NCBI GenBank assembly: GCA_049515915.1
Contig: JBEKTP010000002.1
Span: 36,524 to 100,523, forward strand
Length of the DNA: 64,000 nt
Direction of reading: 5' to 3'
From: Patescibacteria group bacterium
Lineage (GTDB): Bacteria; Patescibacteriota; UBA1384; UBA12157; JAENIV01
This document shows, one piece after another, positions 8,398 to 16,796 of the stretch. Numbering within the stretch: the stretch's first letter is position 1; each line of letters opens with the position of its first letter. The notes beneath the pieces are model-generated. The model saw nothing but the letters and a program-made list of their open reading frames with translations. It was not told where the DNA came from and searched no databases. The position numbers and the translations under genes are program-made.

Positions 8398-10008
8398 TTA
8401 TAGCTTGCTAAGCCAATTGGAAATATAAGCCAAAATTTTATCAAAAAAACTTGTTTGATTCATTCCGGTTGCCGGTAAAGCAGTGACGACAGATGTAGCG
8501 GGAGTAGACGTAATATCACCCGCGTATTTGATAATAACGGTGTTGTCGTTATTAATTGCACCGGTCGCCGTCACATTATTACCGAAATTATATTCACCGT
8601 TACCATCAATCATACCCACCGCATAAGCATTACCATTAGAGTCAACCGAAATACCATAAAGGTAGCAATCTTCCGGTGCAGTGACGGCTGAACTAGCCCA
8701 TTGAGCTACGCCACTGGAATTATATTTGATGACAAAACCGTTATTATCATCAGCATCACCGCCGCTCACGGTCACACCGCTACCAAAATTAAATTTCGTA
8801 TTGCTGCCAATCTCGCCCGCGGCATAAACATTGTCACTAGAGTCAACTGAGATACTGGTAAAATAGGAATCGCTTGGCGCCGCCGGCGTGGTTGATTTAG
8901 CCCACTGAGCCAGACCGCTGGAATTATATTTGACAATGATCGTATTGTCACCAGAGCCATCGCCGCCAGTTACCGTCGCGCCGTTACCAAAATCAAATTC
9001 GCTATTGCCGCCAATCTTACCGGCCGCATAGATATTATTATCAGAACCAACCACGATGCCGGTAAAAGTAGAATCGGCCGGCGCCGTGACAGCCGCTTTG
9101 GCCCACTGGGCGACGCCGGCTGAGCTGTATTTGATGATAACGGCGTTGTCGCTGGAATTATCTTTGCCAGTTACCGTCACGCCATTACCGAAATCATATT
9201 CGCCGCCGTCGCTGATGTAACCACCAATGTAAATATTATTATCAGCACTAACCGAAACACTATCAAACCATGCAATGCTTGGCGCCGTGATGGCGCTTTC
9301 GGCCCACTGGGCCGTGCCGCTGGAGTTATATTTAACGATGACGCCGTTATCCGTCGCACTATTACCAGTTACCGTTGCGCCGTTGCCGAAATCATATTGA
9401 GTATTGCCGTCAATATAGCCAACTGCGTAAATATTGTTATCAGGGCCAACCGAGATACCATTGAAACCAGAATCGCTTGGCGCGGTAGCGGCAGTTTTGG
9501 CCCACTGGGCGACGCCGGCTGAGCTGTATTTGATGATAACGGCGTTGTCGTTTCCAGCATCGCCGCCAGTTACCGTTGCGCCGTTGCCGAAATTAAATTC
9601 AACGTTGCCGTTGATGTAACCACCGACGCAGATACTATTATCAGGACCAATCGCGAGAGCACTAAAAAAGGAGCTACCTGGCGCCGTGGAGGCGGTTTCG
9701 GCCCACTGGGTTACGCCGCTAGAGTTGTACTTAACGATGACACCATTATCAGTTGCATTATTGCCAGTTACCGTCACGCCATTACCGAAATCAAATTCGC
9801 CGTTGCCGTTAATATGGCCGGCGGCATAGATATTGTTTCTGGAGTCAACCGCCGTCGCAAAAAAATCGGAACCGGCTGGCGCTGTCACAGTTGTTTCGGC
9901 CCACTGAGGATCACCCGGTGTTGAAGCGGCTAGTGCTATCCCCGACCGAGACAAAAACAAAGTTAACATAAATAGATCAATTAAAACCAAGGTTAGATTT
10001 TTTTTCAT
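8398..10008 (-). CDS. secreted SBBP-type beta-propeller repeat surface protein with C-terminal LPATG motif
   Basis: About nine ~55-aa repeats (QWA..TAP..SxF..ISVDSDNNIYAAG.I.GN.EFDFGNG.TVTG...DN.VIIKYNSSG); signal peptide from the ATG at 10008 (MKKNLTLVLIDLF); ends ...TALPATGMNQ... Confidence 0.65.
   Translation of the reverse strand: MKKNLTLVLIDLFMLTLFLSRSGIALAASTPGDPQWAETTVTAPAGSDFFATAVDSRNNIYAAGHINGNGEFDFGNGVTVTGNNATDNGVIVKYNSSGVTQWAETASTAPGSSFFSALAIGPDNSICVGGYINGNVEFNFGNGATVTGGDAGNDNAVIIKYSSAGVAQWAKTAATAPSDSGFNGISVGPDNNIYAVGYIDGNTQYDFGNGATVTGNSATDNGVIVKYNSSGTAQWAESAITAPSIAWFDSVSVSADNNIYIGGYISDGGEYDFGNGVTVTGKDNSSDNAVIIKYSSAGVAQWAKAAVTAPADSTFTGIVVGSDNNIYAAGKIGGNSEFDFGNGATVTGGDGSGDNTIIVKYNSSGLAQWAKSTTPAAPSDSYFTSISVDSSDNVYAAGEIGSNTKFNFGSGVTVSGGDADDNNGFVIKYNSSGVAQWASSAVTAPEDCYLYGISVDSNGNAYAVGMIDGNGEYNFGNNVTATGAINNDNTVIIKYAGDITSTPATSVVTALPATGMNQTSFFDKILAYISNWLSKL
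8480..9960 (-). repeat. intragenic tandem coding repeats (~165-bp units) in the SBBP gene, including exact ~50-bp duplicates
   Basis: 9101-9152 and 9501-9552 are identical (gcccactgggcgacgccggctgagctgtatttgatgataacggcgttgtcg); periodic reuse of ccactgggc...ttatatttgac blocks. Confidence 0.7.
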
Positions 10009-10106
10009 TATTCCCTTCAAAAATCTAAAAACTATTGCACATATATTATATACCAAAGCTCTATAAAAACAAAAAACGGCCACCCATTTGCCGCGATTTT
10101 CGAAAT

Positions 10107-10383
10107 TGGCTCCCCGGGTCCGATTCGAACGGACAACATGCTCCTTACACTGATCTCCTAATTGCTTAAGAGGGTGGACTATCTCATCGCCATCTCTTTT
10201 GATTTAGGCGTAGGGCATATAGTCTCTGAACCTTCAACGATGTTACCATCGAAGCTTGGCTGCGGATTACCCTTTGATTACTCTTGGGGTTTCCCGACAA
10301 TTAACCCTATTTTTCAATCCGCCTTTCAGCGGAAAGCTGCAATATTCTTACAGGGAGCCGCTCTACCGTTGAGCTACCGGGGA
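10107..10383 (-). tRNA. tRNA (most likely Asn, anticodon GUU) interrupted by a group I intron in the anticodon loop
   Basis: Exon 1 (10383..10350) forms acceptor, D arm and anticodon stem; exon 2 (10147..10107) gives anticodon stem GGAGC, T arm and CCA; U1-A72 with G73 fits Asn; the alternative reading is Thr(UGU). Confidence 0.7.
10148..10349 (-). ncRNA. group I self-splicing intron (~202 nt) within the tRNA
   Basis: Conserved P (AAUUGUCGGGAAACCCC), Q (AAUCCGCAGC), R (GUUCAGAGACUAUA) and S (GAGAUAGUCC) elements in canonical order; candidate P1 CUGU/GCAG with U:G at the 5' splice site; intron ends in G. Confidence 0.7.
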
Positions 10384-10426
10384 ATAATACTTTATATCTT
10401 AAATCATAACCACAGAATGGTCAACC

Positions 10427-11611
10427 TTATCTTAAATAATCTTTTAATTTATCGGCTTTTTCGGACTTTCGCAGTTTTTGCAATGATTTGGCCTCAATCT
10501 GGCGAATCCGTTCCCGCGTCACCCCAAATTCCTTGCCGACTTCTTCGAGCGTGTGAGTGCGACCGTCTTCCAAGCCAAATCTCATCTTTAAAATCTTTTG
10601 CTCGCGAGGGGACAAAAAAATCAGCGATTCACCGACATGACCTTTCATCAATTGATAAATGGCGTTTTCCTCGGGCGAGAGAGATTCTTTATCTTCGATA
10701 AAATCGCCCAGCCGCGAATCGTCTTCTTCACCGACCGGCGTTTCCAAGCTGACCGTTTCTTGAGAAATTTTTAAAATATGTTCCACTTTTTCGACCGGAA
10801 TACTCATCTCAGCGGCAATTTCTTCCGGTAATGGTTCGCGGCCTAAATCCTGAACCAGCTGTCTTTGAGTTCGAATCATTTTATTGATGGTTTCAACCAT
10901 ATGAACCGGGATTCGGATAGTGCGGGCCTGATCAGCAATGGCCCGGGTAATCGCCTGGCGAATCCACCACGTCGCGTAGGTCGAAAATTTATAGCCTTTA
11001 CGATAGTCAAATTTTTCAACCGCCCGTAAGAGTCCGGTGTTACCTTCTTGGATTAAATCGAGCAAAGAAAGTCCTCGCCCAATATATTTTTTGGCGATGG
11101 AAACCACCAATCGCAGATTGGCTTCAGCTAATTTTCGCTTCGCCGTCTCGTCCCCTGCCTCAATTCGTTTGGCTAACCGCACCTCGTCTTCAGTTTTTAG
11201 CAAAGAAATCCGGCCGATTTCTCTTAGATACATTCGAACCGAATCATCGGAAATATCTTTGATTTCGCTGGCTTTTTGTGTCGCTTCTGTCTCGATTTCT
11301 AAAAGCCTTTTTCCTTCGCGCACATCAATGCCCTGAACCGAAAACTCGTCATATAAAGCATCGAGTAAAGAAATTTTTTGTTCAGGAAAAGGAAAAGCTT
11401 GAAGAATTTCCTGATAGGTGACAAAACCGTGCTGGCGACCTTTATCCAACAATTTATCGAGCCCGCTCGGGAATTTTACCATCACATCTTTTTGGGATCT
11501 TCGAGCTTGAGCGATTTTTGATATTTTAACCACTTTCGAAGCTAAAACACGGGCTCTCGAATTTTTTCTTAAACGAGAAATCTCAGTTTTAAGATTTTTA
11601 TTTAATGGCAT
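10427..11611 (-). CDS. rpoD: RNA polymerase primary sigma factor (sigma-70 family)
   Basis: Regions 2-4 conserved: [53 protein letters not shown]. Confidence 0.9.
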   Translation of the reverse strand: MPLNKNLKTEISRLRKNSRARVLASKVVKISKIAQARRSQKDVMVKFPSGLDKLLDKGRQHGFVTYQEILQAFPFPEQKISLLDALYDEFSVQGIDVREGKRLLEIETEATQKASEIKDISDDSVRMYLREIGRISLLKTEDEVRLAKRIEAGDETAKRKLAEANLRLVVSIAKKYIGRGLSLLDLIQEGNTGLLRAVEKFDYRKGYKFSTYATWWIRQAITRAIADQARTIRIPVHMVETINKMIRTQRQLVQDLGREPLPEEIAAEMSIPVEKVEHILKISQETVSLETPVGEEDDSRLGDFIEDKESLSPEENAIYQLMKGHVGESLIFLSPREQKILKMRFGLEDGRTHTLEEVGKEFGVTRERIRQIEAKSLQKLRKSEKADKLKDYLR

Positions 11612-13313
11612 CCTGAAACTCCTTCATTAAAACCTTTAACTTAGTTACATCGTGAGCGTTTTCGGCTTTCTTGATTTCCTCTGCATAATGACTTTTTAAA
11701 GACTCGCGCCGATGTTCTTTAAGATGAGTAATTAACTCTTCGAAATCTTCTTGTTCTTTTTCCGATTCGGCCTTATAAAGCTCATCTGCTTTTAAAACTA
11801 TCTGGGAAATCTCATTTTTTAGGCTACGCTCAGCCCGGTCTAAAAGAATCTTTAAGGTGATCTGATTGTCTTTATTATACTCTGAAAAAAGGAGATTGTA
11901 AATCTCTTTTTCCCGGGAATCGGCAAAGTCCTCCGGCCTAATTTTTCCTTTAATTTGCGCCAGTTTTCCAGGCTCACGTAAAACAATAGCCAAAAGCAGC
12001 GTCATCGGCGCCAAATTTTCTTTCTTCGTACTTTCTTTTTTTTGAGGATTGGTCTTATTTCCTTGCGCTTTCGAGAGCGCCGCAAAAATAATTTCCTCTT
12101 TAACTCCTAATTTATGGGCTAAAAGATTAATGTAATGGGCTTGCTCAACCGAGTCGGGAATAATTTTTATAATCGGTAATAATTCTTTGGCGATTTCTTT
12201 TTTTTCTTGCGCTGTGAGGATTTCACCTTTTCTATTTTTGAATGACAGACCGAAATACCATTCGACGACCGGCAAAGCGGTCTTGACGGCTTTCCGCCAA
12301 CGCTCGGGGGAATTGGCAATCATTTCGCCAGGATCTTTAAATCCACCCAAGTCAACCATTTTCACATTAAAACCTTCTTGGATAGCCATTTCATAAGCTT
12401 TCTTGGCCGTGGCTAACCCTGCTGTATCGCCGTCAAAAGCGAAAGTGATATTCGGGGTGTAACGATAGAGAATTTGTAAATGCTCGTCGGTCAGAGCCGT
12501 ACCAGAGGTGGCTACCACATTTTGGATCCCCGCTTGAAACGAGGCAATAACATCCATCTGTCCTTCAACTACCACCGCCACTTTCTCTTGTTTAATCGCT
12601 GCTTTAGCTTGATCAAGATTATAAAGCAATCGACCTTTATGAAAAATAATTGTGTCGGCAGTGTTGAGATACTTCGGCTGCTGATCGGCTGCCGTCACTC
12701 GCCCTGTAAAAGCAATGACGTGACCCATGGTGTCACGAATGGGAAAAATGATGCGACGAAAAAAGCGATCAGGGCGGCCAGCTTCGGTAATTTCTTTTTC
12801 GCTAAAACCTTTATCAAGGAGAAATTTTTTGAGTGCCCGAGATGATGGCGCGTAGCCGATTTGAAAATCTTTAATCGTCTGATCAGTTAATTTACGATCT
12901 TTAAGATATTTCAGCGCCGATTTGCCCGCCGGATGAGAAATGAGAATTTTATGAAAAACCCGAGCCGCCAGATCATTGATTTTATAAAGCCGGGTTTTAC
13001 GGTCGGTCTGAATCTGATCCGCTTTGAGATTACGCCGAGATAATTTAACCCCCGCCTGTTCGGCCAGCATCTCGAGCGCCTCACGAAATTCCAAATTTTC
13101 CATCTTCATGACAAAAGTAAAAACATCCCCTCCAAAATTGCACCCGAAGCAATGAAAAATTTGCTTTTCGGGAGAAACCATCAGCGAAGCGGTTTTTTCC
13201 TGATGAAAAGGGCAAATGGCTTTATAATTGACGCCGGCTTTTTTGAGTGTGACGTAATGGGAAATAAACTCCACGATATCAATCCGACGCTTGATTTCTT
13301 CTACTTCATCCAT
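11598..13313 (-). CDS. dnaG: DNA primase
   Basis: [11 protein letters not shown]...FHCFGC zinc ribbon; [16 protein letters not shown]; ORF is open to 13559 but the start is probably the ATG at 13313 ([16 protein letters not shown]). Confidence 0.85.
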   Translation of the reverse strand: MDEVEEIKRRIDIVEFISHYVTLKKAGVNYKAICPFHQEKTASLMVSPEKQIFHCFGCNFGGDVFTFVMKMENLEFREALEMLAEQAGVKLSRRNLKADQIQTDRKTRLYKINDLAARVFHKILISHPAGKSALKYLKDRKLTDQTIKDFQIGYAPSSRALKKFLLDKGFSEKEITEAGRPDRFFRRIIFPIRDTMGHVIAFTGRVTAADQQPKYLNTADTIIFHKGRLLYNLDQAKAAIKQEKVAVVVEGQMDVIASFQAGIQNVVATSGTALTDEHLQILYRYTPNITFAFDGDTAGLATAKKAYEMAIQEGFNVKMVDLGGFKDPGEMIANSPERWRKAVKTALPVVEWYFGLSFKNRKGEILTAQEKKEIAKELLPIIKIIPDSVEQAHYINLLAHKLGVKEEIIFAALSKAQGNKTNPQKKESTKKENLAPMTLLLAIVLREPGKLAQIKGKIRPEDFADSREKEIYNLLFSEYNKDNQITLKILLDRAERSLKNEISQIVLKADELYKAESEKEQEDFEELITHLKEHRRESLKSHYAEEIKKAENAHDVTKLKVLMKEFQDAIK

Positions 13314-13401
13314 GTTATTTCTCCCAAGTCTCTTAGAATACCTTTTTGAGTATATCAAAAGACTTCTCAAAGACAACTTTTGCTTAATTATAGAGAAAAC
13401 A

Positions 13402-13429
13402 TTGGTAGCCAGGCACTTCGTGATATAAT
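13402..13429 (+). promoter_or_regulatory. sigma-70-like promoter (TTGGTA-16-TATAAT) for the 13465 gene
   Basis: Hexamer match read directly from the sequence. Confidence 0.4.
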
Positions 13430-13464
13430 TAAATGGAATTATTTCATTTAGCTTAGGAGAAATT

Positions 13465-14592
13465 ATGCTCAAAAAAATTCTTGTCTTCGGACTTTTCGTG
13501 ATTTTAGTTATCCCGTCGGTAGCGGTCGCCGCCGAGTTTCGCACTTCAAAAAATGGCATGGTAGAAGTTGGCCAAACTGAGACGGCTAAAAATCTCTATC
13601 TTATCGCTCAAACGGTGAACTCCGAGGCCGCCGTCAGCGGAGATCTCGTCGCCTTTGCCTCTAATTTAAATATTAACGGGCCGGTTGAAAATGAATTAAC
13701 GGCCGCCGGTTCCTCTATTAACATTAAAAGCGATATCGGAACCAACACCCGATTGGCCGGCAACTCAATTAATTTCGAAGGAACAACTGGTCAAGATTTA
13801 ATGGTGGCCGCAAATACCATCACTTTGTCAAAAAACTCCCAAATTGGCGGCGATCTGGCCTTAGCTGGCAGCACGATGGAAATAGACGGCACTGTTTTGG
13901 GTAATGCTTGGATTTATGGCGGGTCAATCACCCTTAACGGTACTATTAACGGAAACGTCAAAATCAATAAATCTAGCAGTTTTACTCTTGGCGATAACGC
14001 TGTCATCAATGGTAATTTGACCTACTCTGCACCCGGCCAAGCGAAAATTTCGCCGAATGCTAAAGTTTTAGGCGCGATTAGTTTCACTCAGACAAAATCA
14101 GGCCGAACCTATTTCGGGAAAACCTTCGGCTTCCTCACCTTGTACAGTTTAATTGCTTCCTTTTTGCTCTTGATCGTCTTGGTTTACGTTTTTCCCAAGT
14201 CCATTCACACCTACTTAGAAAAAAGCTTTCATAAATTCTGGGCCAATCTGGGCTGGGGATTCGTCGCACTCATTATCTTACCGATCGCTTTAATTATTCT
14301 GATGCTCAGCGTTATCGGGCTAAAAATTGCCATTACAATTGGGTTAATCTATCTTGTAAGCTTTATTATTATCTCGATGATAACTCCGCTTTTCATCGGT
14401 ACTCTCTTGATTAAATGGGTTGAACGCCAAGGATACCAAGCCAATTGGCTGGTGATCATTGTCGGGCTAGTGGCCAGCTTCGTCATCGATTTAGTGCCGG
14501 TGATTGGACCACTGATTCTCTTCGGATTCTTCCTTGTGGCTTTAGGACAATTAATTCAAAACTCCGCCACCTATCTTAGGGCCCAGCGATAA
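13465..14592 (+). CDS. signal-peptide protein with a beta-helical (bactofilin-like) repeat domain and a C-terminal 4-TM anchor
   Basis: Repeated G.L...A..I.L.G.V.GN beta-helix pattern; C-terminal hydrophobic helices. Confidence 0.45.
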   Translation: MLKKILVFGLFVILVIPSVAVAAEFRTSKNGMVEVGQTETAKNLYLIAQTVNSEAAVSGDLVAFASNLNINGPVENELTAAGSSINIKSDIGTNTRLAGNSINFEGTTGQDLMVAANTITLSKNSQIGGDLALAGSTMEIDGTVLGNAWIYGGSITLNGTINGNVKINKSSSFTLGDNAVINGNLTYSAPGQAKISPNAKVLGAISFTQTKSGRTYFGKTFGFLTLYSLIASFLLLIVLVYVFPKSIHTYLEKSFHKFWANLGWGFVALIILPIALIILMLSVIGLKIAITIGLIYLVSFIIISMITPLFIGTLLIKWVERQGYQANWLVIIVGLVASFVIDLVPVIGPLILFGFFLVALGQLIQNSATYLRAQR

Positions 14593-14654
14593 TTTAGATC
14601 AAAACTCTCTTTAAAAACGTCTTGGACACTAATTGATAATAAAATTACTCGATG

Positions 14655-14822
14655 TTATTCTTCGTCTTTATTTTCCCCCTGCCAGCCGCCATACTCATCG
14701 TGCCAGGCCTTATGCTCTTCTTCAGTCATTTCTGACTCGCGCATAAACTTATCGTGCTCTTTTTGACCCCACGGCTTGGTTTTCGCTTTAAGTTTTCCAA
14801 TGATCTTCGGATCTTTTTTCAT
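14655..14822 (-). CDS. small K/E-rich hypothetical protein (55 aa), possible paralog of the 725..1030 product
   Basis: ORF below the track cutoff: MKKDPKIIGKLKAKTKPWGQKEHDKFMRESEMTEEEHKAWHDEYGGWQGENKDEE; its W-H..GGW.GE tail resembles the WKEKHGMHGWHGKEKEEE tail of the other gene. Confidence 0.3.
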   Translation of the reverse strand: MKKDPKIIGKLKAKTKPWGQKEHDKFMRESEMTEEEHKAWHDEYGGWQGENKDEE

Positions 14823-14941
14823 TTTTTGCCTTATCTTAATCCTTGCAAACTACGATTAAAATTTAATCGATGTTTGTTAAATTCTACCTGTAAAAGGTTC
14901 CAAACTGCTGTTGGCGGAACGCTGGGGTCTAGAACCTTTCA

Positions 14942-15688
14942 TTAGTTCCATTTGGTTAAAATCTCTTCGCGCTGGAAGGTGGCGAGGGAGAGAAAATAAA
15001 GCACAAGAGCGAGCGCAAATACGATCGCGGAAATAATCCAAAGATTGGTTGTGTTTAAAGTGTAAACGCCGATTTCACTGAGCACGTAAATCGCCATAAA
15101 CGGCAAAAGCGACAGGGAGCCGAATTGTTGGGCCGAGCGGATGTCGTTGAATTTGGCCGAAATCAAAACATTAATTTCAATCGCCGCAATACAAACCAGC
15201 GGCGCCAAAACAAGCAGAATTATCCACATCTCGGGGTTGGGATAATAAGTGTGGCCAAACGCTTTAGCGGTGACTTTATTCATTAAAATCATAAAGATGG
15301 TCCCGCCAATCCAAGTGGAAAGGATGGTTGGAATAAATGTTGCGAGGCCTTTGCCGATGATGATTTCCGCATCCGTGGTTGGCGTTGCCAAGAGCGGTTC
15401 CAAACTTTTCTGAACTTTTTCGCCGACAAAACTGTATGAGGCGATAGCCATCGGCAAAACGGCCGCGCCGATGGCGAAGAAGAATGCAAAAGCGGTCAAA
15501 ACGTTGGAGAAAGCCGCCAGGGTGGCTCCGGCGGGCGTGTGCGAATGACTTGTGGCATATTTGATAATCAGCGGCAGACCGACAGAGACGAAAATTTCAA
15601 AACCAACCATTGAATAAATAATCGCTTTGCGGTGGCGAAAAGTTTTAAAATCTTTTGTCGCGACAATCCAGGCTTTTGATAATCTCAT
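14942..15688 (-). CDS. ABC-2 type transporter permease
   Basis: Six-TM permease translationally coupled to the upstream ATPase. Confidence 0.65.
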   Translation of the reverse strand: MRLSKAWIVATKDFKTFRHRKAIIYSMVGFEIFVSVGLPLIIKYATSHSHTPAGATLAAFSNVLTAFAFFFAIGAAVLPMAIASYSFVGEKVQKSLEPLLATPTTDAEIIIGKGLATFIPTILSTWIGGTIFMILMNKVTAKAFGHTYYPNPEMWIILLVLAPLVCIAAIEINVLISAKFNDIRSAQQFGSLSLLPFMAIYVLSEIGVYTLNTTNLWIISAIVFALALVLYFLSLATFQREEILTKWN

Positions 15689-16605
15689 TTTTCCTCCACA
15701 ATTTTCAAATAAGCCTCCTCTAAGTCTGGGTTAAGTTGAGAAATGGATTCTATTTGGCCGCCGGCTAAAACAATCGTCTTAGCAATCATGGCATTCTCCT
15801 TTTCGGGATCATCCACATCAATTGTGATTTCATTGCCTTTGATTTGAAGATTCTTTAAATTTAGTTTTTTAAGAGCTGCCAAAACTGCATCGGTAACTTT
15901 TTCCATTTTGATTGCGGTCTTGGCGCCCCAAATAGATTTTTTCAGCTCTTCTGGTGTGTTAATCGCCAGTAGCTTAGTTTTAATAATGCCGATGCGATCA
16001 CAAATGCGCTGGGCTTCGTCAAGGTTGTGAGTATTTAAGAAAATTGTCTTGCCTTCGTCTTTGAGTTTTAAAATAAAATCGCGAACCACTTTGGCGGCTT
16101 CCGGATCCAAATTGGCGGTCGGCTCGTCCATAAACAAAATTTTCGGGTCGTGGATGAGTGCACGGGCCAGCGCCACTTTTTGTTTCATGCCTTTGGAAAA
16201 ACCGCCGACGGCCTGATTGCGCTGCTCCCACAAATCAAACATTTTTAAAATCTTTTCGATGTTTTTGCCAATCTGTTCCTTGGGAACTTCGTATAATTTA
16301 GCGAAAAACTCGAGGTTTTCCCAAGCCGTCAGTTCTTCATAAAGGCCGACGTTATCGGGTACCAAACCGATCATTTTGCGGATTTTCAAGGAGTTTTTCA
16401 GGTCGGCCACATTTAAACCATCGATTTTTGCTTCGCCGCTGGTTATAGAAATCAGATCGGCCAACATTCGAATCGTCGTGGTTTTGCCGGCGCCGTTTGG
16501 CCCCAAAAAGCCAAAAATTTCGCCTTCGGCCACTTCGAAAGTAAGTCCATCAACGGCGGTAAAATCCCCAAATTTTTTAGTTAGATTTTTGGCTTGAATC
16601 ATCAT
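15685..16605 (-). CDS. ABC transporter ATP-binding protein
   Basis: Walker A GPNGAGKTT; signature FSKGMKQK; Walker B LFMDEPTANLD. Confidence 0.85.
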   Translation of the reverse strand: MMIQAKNLTKKFGDFTAVDGLTFEVAEGEIFGFLGPNGAGKTTTIRMLADLISITSGEAKIDGLNVADLKNSLKIRKMIGLVPDNVGLYEELTAWENLEFFAKLYEVPKEQIGKNIEKILKMFDLWEQRNQAVGGFSKGMKQKVALARALIHDPKILFMDEPTANLDPEAAKVVRDFILKLKDEGKTIFLNTHNLDEAQRICDRIGIIKTKLLAINTPEELKKSIWGAKTAIKMEKVTDAVLAALKKLNLKNLQIKGNEITIDVDDPEKENAMIAKTIVLAGGQIESISQLNPDLEEAYLKIVEEK

Positions 16606-16633
16606 ATTTTTTATAATAAGTTCTAAACTTCAG

Positions 16634-16724
<91 letters not shown>

Positions 16725-16796
16725 ACTATTAAAATATTACCATATTTATATGGTTCAAGAAAGAGCAAAAGGATTTCCCCGTATCTTTTATGTAGT

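Noticed and set aside
10162-10701. Plus-strand 179-aa ORF
   Set aside because: Runs through the intron-containing tRNA and antisense into the rpoD 3' end; it is an artefact of the structured RNA region.
13314-13559. 82-codon N-terminal extension of dnaG in the track ORF
   Set aside because: The extension is unlike any DnaG N-terminus and overlaps the divergent 13465 gene promoter; the conserved zinc-ribbon region begins right after the ATG at 13313.
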